Source of the DNA: Gammaproteobacteria bacterium
Lineage (GTDB): Bacteria > Pseudomonadota > Gammaproteobacteria > Ga0077536
Assembly: GCA_965278995.1 (NCBI GenBank)
Contig: OZ257136.1
Location: 1,777,458-1,841,457, forward strand
DNA length: 64,000 nucleotides
Direction of reading: 5' to 3'
How positions within the stretch are numbered: the stretch's first letter is position 1; every line of letters begins with the position of its first letter. Below, in pieces: positions 47,801 to 56,886 of the stretch. Made by a program: the position numbers and the translations under genes. The notes beneath the pieces are model-generated. The model did no database searches. It had not been told where the DNA came from and saw only the letters and a list, made by a program, of their open reading frames with translations.

Positions 47801-49005
47801 CGCTACTGTTCATCGATATGGATCAGTTCAAGCGCATCAACGATTCGCTGGGTCATTCCGTTGGCGATGGCCTGCTTCAGGCGGTTGGTCAACGCCTGCA
47901 GAACGTGACACGTCAGGAAGACATGGTGGCACGGCTCGGTGGCGATGAATTTGTCATCCTGCTGCCCGACCTGGCGACTAATTTCGAGACCTGCGCTCGC
48001 CAGGCCCGGCTGGTTGCGGAGAAGATCCACGACTCTCTCGGGCAACCATTCCAGTTCGAACGGCATCAGTTCCACGTCACGCCAACCATCGGCATATCGC
48101 TGTTTCCAGAACCGGGTAAAGGTGTCGACACTGTCCTCAAGGAAGCCGACACCGCGATGTACAGCGGCAAAGCCGCTGGCCGCAACGTCACGCGGTTCTT
48201 CCGCCCGGAAATGGAACAGGGTGCACAGCAGCGATTGCGTATCGAATCCGACATCCGCAAGGCGCTGGCAAATCACGAGTTCGAGCTCTACTACCAGCCG
48301 CAGGTCGATGGCGCAGGACGGGTGACCGGTGCCGAAGCGCTGTTGCGCTGGAATCATCCCGAACAGGGCATGATTCCACCGGGCTTGTTCATTCCAGTTG
48401 CCGAAGAGCGCGGCTTGATTGTCGACCTAGGGCGCTGGGTCCTGCGCGCGGCGATGACCACCTATCGCGGGTGGCTGGATAGCGGGGCCATCGCGCCGGC
48501 CGAGTTGTCCGTGAATGTCAGTTCGCGACAGTTCCGCGCAGACGATTTTGTTCTCGATGTCGAACATCTGCTGGCGGAATTTAGCATCCCGGCCCATCGC
48601 ATCGTGCTCGAACTGACTGAAGGTACCGTGATTGAGGATGTCGGTGCGACTGTCGCCGTGATGGAACGCCTGCGCCGGCTGGGCATGAAGTTCGCCGTGG
48701 ACGATTTCGGTGTCGGCTATTCGTCGCTGTCGTATCTCAAACGACTGCCTATCGATCAGCTGAAAATCGATCGCTCGTTCATTGCCGACATCGGGCAGGA
48801 TCAGAACGACGAGGTGATCTGCCAGACCATCATCGCCATGGGGCGGCACCTCGGACTGCAAACCGTTGCCGAAGGTGTCGAGACAGCTGCTCAATTCGCT
48901 TTTCTGCAGCAGCTGGACTGCAACCGCTACCAGGGCTATTACTTCCTCCAGCCGTCGCCAGCCGATGTCTTCATCGCCTACTGTCGCGATGCCAATCCTG
49001 CCTGA
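44875..49005 (+). CDS. Multi-PAS/GAF sensor diguanylate cyclase/phosphodiesterase (GGDEF-EAL)
   Basis: It has an ATG start and is 1376 aa. It contains repeated PAS/PAC blocks (GLWEW...), an intact GGDEF (RLGGDEFVILL) and EAL-domain motifs (AEALLRW, ELTE, DDFGVGYSSLSYL). Confidence 0.92.
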   Translation: MSARLPHDISQEMVREPLLSAGDALLIAAFAASSDGVIILDVDLRVARMNPAAVTVTGWDEAAALGRWWHEIIECTSLAEAAASRPPEGPPEPGTWQLDLRHRSGRHLKLMARFEQVRDTHGEAVLATLVTLLRHEPALALQSALDRSEQRLHIALESGQVGLWEWHAATDTFREYGAWVGRTAHTVHGGSCTGRDLLAHTHPDDVGAVSAALLAHLRGECATYEVEQRVRLVNGGYVYFLARGQTVERDANGKSLRLIGTYTEIGALKAQAQRLKIALENGHEGLWEWEPDAGQITFSPEWYAMLGYPEGSLRDARGECTDIVHPHDRQPAIEALLPMLRGECDDFQVEQRYRHHDGHYLYLLSRGSVLERSAEGRVLRVLGTHVDITTLKETQARLIESRGLLETVIDAFPQRVFWKDLDNRYLGGNHRFAYDAGLAGADELAGRHIEDLGWPEAVDRYIEDDRRLTTGLEQKIVVERAFQPIRGDAFWCETTKVALRGPDGAVTGILGMYDDVSNRRQRERQLEVVANALTSGSQSRLLNALTRAAAELADADYAFVARLHEKNGEATVTACYPSRKPLRNWTYSVAGTPCAFTVGRNRGYFVRDIRAQFTESELRDRLQVAAYAGQQLKTPDGQVIGIFALLFKQSPPDEDRVRAVLDIFAARATAELDRERTHADLLASERRLNAAMASGNQGIWEWELDSDQFTTMGAHFLALGYDGAPRSTTGILVSDRIHPDDRTFMLEALHAYFRGTQATYEREVRMRDAGGTYHWTLIRGEACERDSAGRVTRMIGTHTDISALKAVQSALERSQDFLELIIDTVPQAIFWQDRDFRYLGCNERFAAMAGVARPEDIVGKRDAELWWAESSASFITADLPLLAGTLPYLQVETRLSDTLGGTQWAELIKVPMRDSAGTIIGLLGAIHDISARKEAQDRAQHLALYDPLTNLPNRRYFTDRLEASLAAATRHGTTGALLFIDMDQFKRINDSLGHSVGDGLLQAVGQRLQNVTRQEDMVARLGGDEFVILLPDLATNFETCARQARLVAEKIHDSLGQPFQFERHQFHVTPTIGISLFPEPGKGVDTVLKEADTAMYSGKAAGRNVTRFFRPEMEQGAQQRLRIESDIRKALANHEFELYYQPQVDGAGRVTGAEALLRWNHPEQGMIPPGLFIPVAEERGLIVDLGRWVLRAAMTTYRGWLDSGAIAPAELSVNVSSRQFRADDFVLDVEHLLAEFSIPAHRIVLELTEGTVIEDVGATVAVMERLRRLGMKFAVDDFGVGYSSLSYLKRLPIDQLKIDRSFIADIGQDQNDEVICQTIIAMGRHLGLQTVAEGVETAAQFAFLQQLDCNRYQGYYFLQPSPADVFIAYCRDANPA

Positions 49006-49132
49006 AGAGCCCCGTCCGGAACCGTTTCCCAGCCGCCGCCATGATTTGAGCGGTCGATTCGACCTCAGGCCGGCAGGCTGCTAGATTGCGCGCCACAGCC
49101 GCGATCGCGGCTAACTTCCGGTACAGCCAACG

Positions 49133-50116
49133 ATGCGCGACCTGCTCGATCGATTGCAACGCCGCCTGCCGATATGGTCGGCCGGCATGGGCGGCGGATT
49201 GGCGGGGGCAGAGCTCGTTGCTGCCGTCAGTAACGGCGGTGGGCTGGGTGTGCTGGGGACAGGCGGCCTGCGCGGCGCGGCTGTCAGTGCGCTGCTCGAA
49301 CGAACTGCCGAGCTGACATCGGCGCCTTTCGGCGCCAACATCATCCTGCCGATGTCCAACGGCTCGGATATCGAAGCCTGTTTCAATGCCCGCGTGCCGG
49401 TACTGGTGCTGTTCTGGGGCGACCCCCAACCATTCGTTGGCGACGCGCATCGCCGTGACATGTACATCGTCGCGCAATGCGGTTCTGCCAGCGACGCTGT
49501 GGCGGCCGCTGACGCGGGCGTCGACGCGGTCATCCTGCAGGGTATCGAAGCCGGCGGTCACGTCATGGCCGTGCGGCCGTTGCGCGACACGCTGGCCGAA
49601 ACGCTACCCGCGCTGGGCCCGGTTCCAGTCATCGCTGCTGGCGGTATCGCCACCGGTGCAGATATCGCCGACGCTTTGAAGCTCGGAGCCCGCGCGGTCT
49701 CGATGGGCTCGCGCTTCGCTGCCTCCGAGGAAAGCCGCGCCCACGTGCGCTACAAGGAACGCCTGGTGAGCGCGCATGAAGATGACACGGTCCTGACCGA
49801 GTTGTTCGATCGCGGTTGGCAGCAAGCCTGCCATCGCGTCATCCGTAACGAGCAAGTCGAGACCTGGGAACGTGCCGGACGCCCGCCACCTGGATTGCGA
49901 GCGGGCGAAAACGACGAAATCGGCTGTATTGTCCGAGGCCACGAGCGTAACCCCGTAAGACGCTTCACGGTGACCCCGCCACTGACGGACTTCGACGGCG
50001 ATATCGAAGCGATGCCGCTCTACGCTGGTCTGTCGGTTGCGCGAATTTCCGATATCAAGCCGGTAAGCGTACTGCTCGAGCGCCTGCACAGCGAACTGCG
50101 CACCGCCGTCAAATGA
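49133..50116 (+). CDS. Nitronate monooxygenase family protein (second copy)
   Basis: It has an ATG start and the motifs LPIWSAGMGGG, LQGIEAGGH and AAGGIATG. Confidence 0.82.
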   Translation: MRDLLDRLQRRLPIWSAGMGGGLAGAELVAAVSNGGGLGVLGTGGLRGAAVSALLERTAELTSAPFGANIILPMSNGSDIEACFNARVPVLVLFWGDPQPFVGDAHRRDMYIVAQCGSASDAVAAADAGVDAVILQGIEAGGHVMAVRPLRDTLAETLPALGPVPVIAAGGIATGADIADALKLGARAVSMGSRFAASEESRAHVRYKERLVSAHEDDTVLTELFDRGWQQACHRVIRNEQVETWERAGRPPPGLRAGENDEIGCIVRGHERNPVRRFTVTPPLTDFDGDIEAMPLYAGLSVARISDIKPVSVLLERLHSELRTAVK

Positions 50117-50138
50117 AGCCACGAGGACAGAGTCAACC

Positions 50139-51695
50139 ATGCGAGTCACTCAACCCCTGCAACGCAATCTACAACAGATCCCGGATGAAATTGCCACTGT
50201 CGACGGTGCTCGACACTGGACCTGGCGCGAACTGACCGGAAGGATCACGCGGCTCGCCGGTGGACTGCGTGGTCTCGGTGTCGCGCCTGGCGATCGCGTG
50301 GCGATCGTCGCGCTCAATTCCGATCGCTATCTCGAAGTGTTTTTCGCCGTGCCGTGGGTCGGTGCTGTCATCGTACCGGTCAATTATCGCTGGTCGGCCG
50401 CCGAGGTGGCATTTTCGCTGAATGACTCCGGCACGCGCGTCGTATTCATCGACCGGACATTCTGGCCACTTGCCGCCGAACTCCGCGAACTCTGTGACGA
50501 GCGACTGACCATTATCTGCATCGATGACGACCTGCCGGGTCGCGATGCGGTGCACGACATGCTGATAGCCGACGCACCCCCACTGGATGAATACGCGAAT
50601 ACCGCTGACTCGTTGTCCGGCATTTTTTATACCGGCGGAACCACCGGGCGCTCCAAAGGTGTGATGTTGACGCACGGCAATCATGTCAGCAACACGCTGC
50701 AGTTCGTCACCCTGGTCGGCGCGCTGCCGGATACTGTTTATCTGCATGCGGCGCCGATGTTCCATATCGCCGATGCGTTGTTTGTCTACATGATCACGCA
50801 GATCGGCGGGCGGCATATTTTTGTTCCGCGTTTCGAACCGGCCAGCTGCGCGCGGGCCTTGCAGGAACACGCCGTTAACGACACCATCCTGGTCCCAACC
50901 ATGATTCAAATGCTGCTCGAACAGCCCAGCTTTGCCGACTTCGATTTACGTTGCCTGCAACGGATGTTCTACGGCGCTTCGCCGATGCCGGAAGCAGTCG
51001 CGCTCGATCTCATGCGTAAAATGCCCTGGGTCGCTGCCTGGCAGCTCTATGGTCAGACTGAATCAGCACCGCTGCTGACCGGCCTCGATTCCCGCTACCA
51101 CACCACCGAAGGTCCTTATGCCGGCCGTCTGCGCTCGGCTGGCCGTGCAATGCCTGCGACCGAGATCCGCATCGTCGACGAGCAGGATAACGAAGTGCCG
51201 CGCGGCTCCATCGGCGAAATTGTCGCCCGTGGTCCGAATGTGATGAAAGGCTATTGGGGTCGCGATGATCTCACCGCGGAAGCGCTGCGAGGCGGCTGGC
51301 TGCACACGGGCGACGCCGCTTATATGGACGACAGCGGCTTCATATTCATCAGCGATCGATTGAAGGACATGATCATCTCGGGGGGTGAGAATGTTTATTC
51401 GACAGAAGTCGAACAGGCCATGTATCAGCATCCGGATGTCCTGCAATGCGCCGTCATCGGTATTCCGGACGACCGCTGGGGCGAGCGCGTGCACGCCGTA
51501 GTCGTGCCGCGTCCCGGTGCGACGCCGGATCCGACGGATCTGATGGCACATTGTCGCAAGCTCATCGCCGACTACAAATGTCCGCGCTCAGTCAGCTTCC
51601 GTGATGAGCCGCTGCCGCTCTCCGGCGCCGGCAAAGTGCTCAAGACCGAGCTGCGCAAACCCTTCTGGAGTGGGCGCGATCGCCAGGTGAATTGA
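50139..51695 (+). CDS. AMP-dependent acyl-CoA synthetase/ligase
   Basis: ATG follows GAGGA. Motifs IFYTGGTTGRSKGV, YGQTE, TGD and the terminal GKVLK fit the family. Confidence 0.9.
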   Translation: MRVTQPLQRNLQQIPDEIATVDGARHWTWRELTGRITRLAGGLRGLGVAPGDRVAIVALNSDRYLEVFFAVPWVGAVIVPVNYRWSAAEVAFSLNDSGTRVVFIDRTFWPLAAELRELCDERLTIICIDDDLPGRDAVHDMLIADAPPLDEYANTADSLSGIFYTGGTTGRSKGVMLTHGNHVSNTLQFVTLVGALPDTVYLHAAPMFHIADALFVYMITQIGGRHIFVPRFEPASCARALQEHAVNDTILVPTMIQMLLEQPSFADFDLRCLQRMFYGASPMPEAVALDLMRKMPWVAAWQLYGQTESAPLLTGLDSRYHTTEGPYAGRLRSAGRAMPATEIRIVDEQDNEVPRGSIGEIVARGPNVMKGYWGRDDLTAEALRGGWLHTGDAAYMDDSGFIFISDRLKDMIISGGENVYSTEVEQAMYQHPDVLQCAVIGIPDDRWGERVHAVVVPRPGATPDPTDLMAHCRKLIADYKCPRSVSFRDEPLPLSGAGKVLKTELRKPFWSGRDRQVN

Positions 51696-51717
51696 ACGCA
51701 GTTGAAATGAACGATCG

Positions 51718-52791
51718 TCAACTCGAACTGGTGGAACAGAGCGTGGCGATCCGCCGAAGCAGCTTCTCGGTCGTTGCCCAGTCCATGCAAGCATCGGTAA
51801 TCGAGACGCCATAGACCAGATCGCGCTGGCCTGGCGTAAAGGGCTGGTTGCCCCAGGCCAGGTGGCTTTCGAGCATCAAGCCGACGATGGCGCGCGCGCC
51901 CGCCATGCGCTGAGTAACAACGTCCAGTGCGACGTCGACCTGACGCGCCGGATCCTTGCCCGAATTGCCGTGACTGCAGTCGATCATGATCGCTTCGGGC
52001 AAGCCTGCGTTGGCGAGCTGGTCGCGACAGCGGGCAATTGTCGCTGCGTCGTGATTGGGCCCGCCGCCGCCGCGCAGGATCAAGTGGGCCAGGTCGTTGC
52101 CACGGGTGCGGATCACCGCCGTGCGACCGTCACTGTCGATGCCGAGAAAATGATGGGCTGCCCGTGCACTCTGGATAGCATTCAGTGCGACCGCGATATT
52201 GCCATCGGTCCCATTCTTGAAGCCGCAAGGCGCTGACAGACCGCTGGCCATTTCGCGATGGGTCTGCGATTCGGTGGTGCGCGCGCCGATCGCGTACCAG
52301 CTGATCAGATCGCCGAGATATTGCGGGACGACCGGGTCCAGCGCTTCAGTCGCCGCGGGCAAACCAAGTTCGGCAAGTTCGACCAGAAAGCCGCGCGCCA
52401 GCGACAGTCCGCGCTCGATATCGAAGCTGTCGTCGAGCTCGGGATCGTTGATCAGGCCTTTCCAACCGATGGTTGTCCGCGGTTTTTCGAAATAGACGCG
52501 CATGACCACCAGCAATTGCGTGGCGAGTTCGCTCGCGAGCGAGGCCAGCCGCCCGGCATACTCACGCGCGGCAGTGAGGTCGTGCACTGAGCACGGCCCG
52601 ACCACGACCAGCAATCGCGAATCCATGCCACCGATCAAGGCGGCAATTTCGCGGCGCGCGGTTACAACGGTCGCCACCCCGGCAGCCGTCAACGGATGGC
52701 CGGCATGCAGGACTGACGGCGCCGGCAGCGGCGATACGCCGACGACATTGATGTTCTCTATCGGAGTGCTGGCTGGCGGAATTGTTGTCAT
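51718..52791 (-). CDS. Class I 3-deoxy-7-phosphoheptulonate (DAHP) synthase
   Basis: I used the internal ATG 52791. Motifs VVGPCSVHD, RVYFEKPRTTIGWKGLINDP and IDCSHGNS fit class I DAHP synthase. Confidence 0.9.
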   Translation of the reverse strand: MTTIPPASTPIENINVVGVSPLPAPSVLHAGHPLTAAGVATVVTARREIAALIGGMDSRLLVVVGPCSVHDLTAAREYAGRLASLASELATQLLVVMRVYFEKPRTTIGWKGLINDPELDDSFDIERGLSLARGFLVELAELGLPAATEALDPVVPQYLGDLISWYAIGARTTESQTHREMASGLSAPCGFKNGTDGNIAVALNAIQSARAAHHFLGIDSDGRTAVIRTRGNDLAHLILRGGGGPNHDAATIARCRDQLANAGLPEAIMIDCSHGNSGKDPARQVDVALDVVTQRMAGARAIVGLMLESHLAWGNQPFTPGQRDLVYGVSITDACMDWATTEKLLRRIATLCSTSSS

Positions 52792-52884
52792 GCCGCATGA
52801 TAACCCGACGCTGCGATTGTCGGCACCGGTGCGAGTCGCCACCACCCCGTTTCAAGCAGCGTGTGTCGCAGTAGAATGGCGCCC

Positions 52885-53721
52885 ATGAACAACCAGCACA
52901 TTCGCGTCCAGCCGATGACACCGGCAATTGGCGCAATCATCAGCGGCGTCGATATTTCGCGCGATCTCGATGCCGCCGTCATCGCTGAAATCCGACGCGC
53001 ATTTCTCGACCATCTGGTCGTGTTCTTTCGCGATCAGTGCTTGACGCCCGACCGTCTCGTCGCATTCACGCGCCGTTTTGGGGATATCGGCTATTACCCG
53101 TTCGTAGCCGGCATGGAGGGCCATCCGGAAGTCGTCGAAGTGATGAAGAAAGAAGACGAGAAAATCAATTTCGGCGGCCTGTGGCATACCGATACCAGCT
53201 ATCTCGAGCGCCCACCTCTCGGATCGGTGCTGTACGCGGTGCAGGTACCGCCGTTCGGCGGCGACACGCTGTTCAGCAATATGTACCTGGCTTACGATTC
53301 GTTGTCCGACGGCATGAAACGGCTGCTCGCGCCGCTGCGGGCGATCAACAGTGCCGAAAAGCCGGATGCTGCTGTCACCCGTGTACATCGCATCGCGGAG
53401 AGCCCTCGCCACGCGGATGTCGTTACGACAGCCATCCATCCCATCGTCCGCACCCATCCGGAAACGGGTCGCAAAGCACTCTATTGTGCAAACGCTCATA
53501 CGGTCGGCATCGACGGCATGACCGTCGAGGAGAGCCGCCCGCTGCTGGAGTATCTTTACCGCGTGCAACAGCGTGAAGAGTTCGGCTGTCGATTCCAGTG
53601 GGCCGCAGGTTCGGTCGCGCTGTGGGACAACCGCTCAGCCCAGCACAACGCATTGAATGATTACCATGGCTATCGCCGGGTCATGCATCGGGTCACGCTG
53701 GAGGGCGACATTCCGGCGTGA
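52885..53721 (+). CDS. TauD/TfdA-family Fe(II)/2-oxoglutarate dioxygenase
   Basis: I used the internal ATG 52885. Motifs WHTDTSY, GGDTLF and WDNRSAQH fit the family. Confidence 0.88.
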   Translation: MNNQHIRVQPMTPAIGAIISGVDISRDLDAAVIAEIRRAFLDHLVVFFRDQCLTPDRLVAFTRRFGDIGYYPFVAGMEGHPEVVEVMKKEDEKINFGGLWHTDTSYLERPPLGSVLYAVQVPPFGGDTLFSNMYLAYDSLSDGMKRLLAPLRAINSAEKPDAAVTRVHRIAESPRHADVVTTAIHPIVRTHPETGRKALYCANAHTVGIDGMTVEESRPLLEYLYRVQQREEFGCRFQWAAGSVALWDNRSAQHNALNDYHGYRRVMHRVTLEGDIPA

Positions 53722-53801
53722 TCGGCACTGGCTTGCGGTAAGTCTCCTGAGGGCTATAGTGGTCATTCAATATACCGGCAAGACACTGGGGAGATTTAGC
53801 C

Positions 53802-54491
53802 ATGGCCGAACGCTTTTTTTCCGACGATGAACTGCGCGAGATGGAACGTCGCACGGTCGATCGGTTGACGGATGCCATCGATGCCGGCGATGCCGACAAA
53901 GCCAGGAAAATCGCCAAACGCATGTATAACGAATTCCTGAGCATGCACGACCTGTATCGCAACTGGGTCACGGCCACATTGAGCGAAATCGGACGCCGCT
54001 ACGGCGACCAAGCGCTCGACGAAATCATGGTCGAAGGCGTGCGTGCGTGGTGGAAGCCAATCGTGCAGAGTCTGCCAAAAGAACCCGAAGCGCTGCCAGC
54101 GAAAATCAAGATGTTCGCCGCCGGTCTGCAAGGCCATCTGCAGCCGCTCGAAATCGTCGAAGATGACGAGAAAATCGAAATCAAGATGAAACCTTGCGGC
54201 AGCGGTGGCCGCCTGATCATGGAAGGCAAGTACGAAGGCAAGGACGCATTCCTGAAAATCAGTGCACCGCAGGCCATGACTTACGGGCGACCTGATTACC
54301 CCGTCTACTGCGCCCATGAATATGCGATGGAGAAAATCGACATCGAAGAAAACGGCCGCCCGTTTGTCGTTGTAGAACCGGCGGCGAAACTCGGGCGCGA
54401 CTACTGTTCGCTGATCGTCTACAAGGATCCGGAGGCGGTTCCGCTCAAATACTACGACCGCGTTGGATTGACGAAAAAGCCTGCTGCTTGA
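53802..54491 (+). CDS. Hypothetical protein (conserved Cys: KPCGSGG, YCAHE)
   Basis: It has an ATG start and balanced composition with GC3-rich codons. The opposite-strand ORF (53796-54581) is Arg/Ala-rich and was rejected. Confidence 0.6.
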   Translation: MAERFFSDDELREMERRTVDRLTDAIDAGDADKARKIAKRMYNEFLSMHDLYRNWVTATLSEIGRRYGDQALDEIMVEGVRAWWKPIVQSLPKEPEALPAKIKMFAAGLQGHLQPLEIVEDDEKIEIKMKPCGSGGRLIMEGKYEGKDAFLKISAPQAMTYGRPDYPVYCAHEYAMEKIDIEENGRPFVVVEPAAKLGRDYCSLIVYKDPEAVPLKYYDRVGLTKKPAA

Positions 54492-54540
54492 TGCGCTCGC
54501 GAGCGCTGCCTGCAGACCGATCGTGTTCGGTTCACGGCCC

Positions 54541-55149
54541 TCAGGGGAGTGCTGGCAGCTCGCGGCGCATGACTTCGGCAAAACTCGCCAGCACGCGTAA
54601 GGTCAGCCCCCAGATCACGTGCTCGTCGAAGCGGATGCCGGGGAACACGCTGGCGGCACTGCCGGACGGATAAGCAAGTTCGGTCACCGCATCGGCATCG
54701 AACAGATGCCCGATAGGAACCCAGAACACACTGGCGACTTCTTCGGGCAGTCGCGGCGTGGCAACGCCGTGCCCGGCCCCGGCGACGTAGTAGACGAATG
54801 GCGACAGAGTCAGACTACCGCGCACACTGGTTGGCTGTATCGGGCGGACTGGCAGCGGCCCCAGGCGATGGTGCGGCAGCAATTGGAGGCCGACCTCCTC
54901 CCAGGTTTCACGTTCGGCGACGGCGTGTGCATCGGCATCCCCCGGACTGGCGCGACCGCCCGGGAAAGCGACCTGTCCTGACCACGGGTCACCTTCACGC
55001 TCAGCACGCCGGATGAAACAGACTTCGAGCCCGCCAGCGCCATCGCCGAGGATCATCGCGACGGCGGCATGGCTCGGGTGAGCGAGGAATGCCGCTGGCT
55101 CATGGCGACGGTCGCGAAGCGCGCGTTCGATTTCAAGAATGGTCAGCAC
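54541..55149 (-). CDS. NUDIX hydrolase, CoA-pyrophosphatase-like
   Basis: It has the Nudix box GGRASPGDADAHAVAERETWEEVGL preceded by GQVAFPGG. The start is uncertain: GTG 55149 lies 10 nt after the upstream stop, while the ORF stays open to 55239 but would then overlap the upstream gene by 80 nt. Confidence 0.75.
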   Translation of the reverse strand: MLTILEIERALRDRRHEPAAFLAHPSHAAVAMILGDGAGGLEVCFIRRAEREGDPWSGQVAFPGGRASPGDADAHAVAERETWEEVGLQLLPHHRLGPLPVRPIQPTSVRGSLTLSPFVYYVAGAGHGVATPRLPEEVASVFWVPIGHLFDADAVTELAYPSGSAASVFPGIRFDEHVIWGLTLRVLASFAEVMRRELPALP

Positions 55150-55159
55150 ATGCAGCCTG

Positions 55160-56341
55160 TCAGCGCGCCACACCGAGATCCGCTGGGGGATAGAACGGTT
55201 GGTCGCCCAGTGCATCGACTGCATCCCAGAAACTTGCATCGGCGTTCAGCTCACCGACTTTCTGCGGGTCGAGGACATTGGACTGCCGGCGGTAGTTCCA
55301 TTTGTCCGGACACAGCCGCACCGCTTCCTTGAAATGATGCTTGGCGCGCTCGAGCGCGCCCTTCCCATACAGGTAGTGGCCGAGTCGCACATGCGTCGCC
55401 GCGCGTACATCCGCCTCGTCGGGACCGCGCAGGCGCTTCCGCACCTCGGCCGGTGACAGCACATACTGGCTGGCGGCACCATTCCGCACCCAATCACGCA
55501 GCGCATCGATGTAGCCGTCGCGGAGCGCCACGCCGCGTTCGGCCGCATCATCCGGCACTTCGAACGTCGTGCGATCCATACTGCGCACCATATCGCAGGT
55601 GCCGGCTGATTCCGGCGGCCTGACGAGGTGCCCGCGCTCGTCTATCCAAACAGCCTGCGGCACGTTCACAATGCCATAGAGTTCGGCCACGATATGCGCC
55701 TCATCGATCAAGCAAGGATAGGTGGGCGGCGACTGCCGTGCCCACAAATCTGCAGACCAGCCCATCAGGCGAGCCAGTATGGCCGGGCGTTCCGCGCAGT
55801 CGGCGGCGCGAATACGCGCTTCGACGGCAGCTTTGCCAGCGGTATCGAATGCGATCGCGATGATCTCCAGTCCCTCGCTCTTCAGTTCCTCGTAGACTGC
55901 CTGCCACACGGGCAGGTCAAAGCTGCAGCCTCAGTAGGAGCCCCACGAATACATGAAGACTTTCTTGCCGCGATAGTCCGACAAGGTGTGCAATTTTCCG
56001 TCGATATCCGGCAGGGTGAAATCAGGCGCTTCGAGGGAGAACAACGTATCGCGCCGGACATTGACGCTCTCGCCGAAAGCCCACGCTTGCCTCGGCTCAT
56101 CGCGGACCATCGGCAGACCGAGATAGCGCGAGAACGCGGCCAAATCGACGTTACCTTTGCCTTCCAGCCAGCTTGCGTCAGTCCGCACGCAGGCATCGCC
56201 GCGACACAGCCCTTCGGCTTCCAGTTTCCAGCCGGTGGCGGCCGCCAGATCGCCGACATTCAGCCAGAGTTTTTCGCCGTCGACACGGGCATCGAGGCCC
56301 TCAGTTACGCGATCGTCATACAATATCGTCGTTGCGGCCAT
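55160..56341 (-). CDS. Candidate selenoprotein: ResA/redoxin-like thioredoxin-fold protein (W-G-S-Y-U-G-C) with TPR-like C-terminus; in-frame UGA at 55931-55933
   Basis: Two ORFs in the same frame are separated only by a TGA. Read-through gives ...APDFTLPDIDGKLHTLSDYRGKKVFMYSWGSY-U-GCSFDLPVWQAVYEELKSEGLEIIAIAFD..., which places Sec exactly at the redox-active position of a redoxin domain. ATG 56341 follows GAGGA. Confidence 0.65.
55895..55933 (-). promoter_or_regulatory. UGA plus downstream hairpin, candidate bacterial SECIS
   Basis: The RNA reads UGA-GGCUGCAGCUUUGA-CCUGCC-CGUGU-GGCAGG-CAGUC. A 6-bp GC-rich stem starts 15 nt after the UGA, with a 5-nt loop that contains GU. Confidence 0.45.
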
Positions 56342-56444
56342 GGTTTGTTCCTCGTCTGCAGACGGAATTTAAGGTACCAATCTAGCCTGCCCGCTTGTCC
56401 TTGGGAAGCGCGCGCCGGCGACACATTTCAGGACGACTCCCCGG

Positions 56445-56858
56445 ATGCCATTTCGACATCAACTCCGCGTGCGCTACGGCGAATGCGATCAGCAGGGCGT
56501 GGTGTTCAACGCCCATTACATGGCCTATATCGACGATACGACAGAAGTCTGGGTGCGCGGTCTTTCGCCGCAAGGTGACTACCGCAATCTGGACTGGGAG
56601 TGGATGGTGGTGCGCTCTGTCATCGAATGGCAGTCACCGGCGCGCAACGGTGATCTGCTCGACATCGACACAGCCATCGTGCGCTACGGAGAAACGTCGT
56701 TCGATTTCGGTTGCATCGGCACCGTCGCCGGCAACCCCGTCTTCACTTCGCGCACCGTCTGCGTCAGCGTGGCGCCGGTGACTTTGGAGAAAATGGCCAC
56801 TCCAGCGGCCGTGATGGCGCTGCTGGGCGAGGCGGAAGATTGGGCCGTACCAGGCTGA
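56445..56858 (+). CDS. Acyl-CoA thioesterase (4HBT/YbgC-like hotdog fold)
   Basis: It has an ATG start and the motif RVRYGECDQQGVVFNAHY. Confidence 0.85.
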   Translation: MPFRHQLRVRYGECDQQGVVFNAHYMAYIDDTTEVWVRGLSPQGDYRNLDWEWMVVRSVIEWQSPARNGDLLDIDTAIVRYGETSFDFGCIGTVAGNPVFTSRTVCVSVAPVTLEKMATPAAVMALLGEAEDWAVPG

Positions 56859-56886
56859 ATCGGCCAGCAAACGGCGCAGAACACCC

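Noticed and set aside
53796-54581. 261-aa minus-strand ORF opposite 53802-54491
   Set aside because: The plus-strand frame has balanced amino-acid usage and GC3-rich codons. The minus-strand product is Arg/Ala/Phe-rich with no motif.
55910-55933. Reading the TGA at 55931-55933 as a nonsense mutation (a pseudogenised redoxin)
   Set aside because: This is not fully excluded. The stop codon falls exactly on the catalytic Cys/Sec position, both halves keep an intact frame and good codon usage, and a hairpin follows at SECIS-like spacing, so I favour Sec recoding. The presence or absence of selABCD in the genome would decide it.
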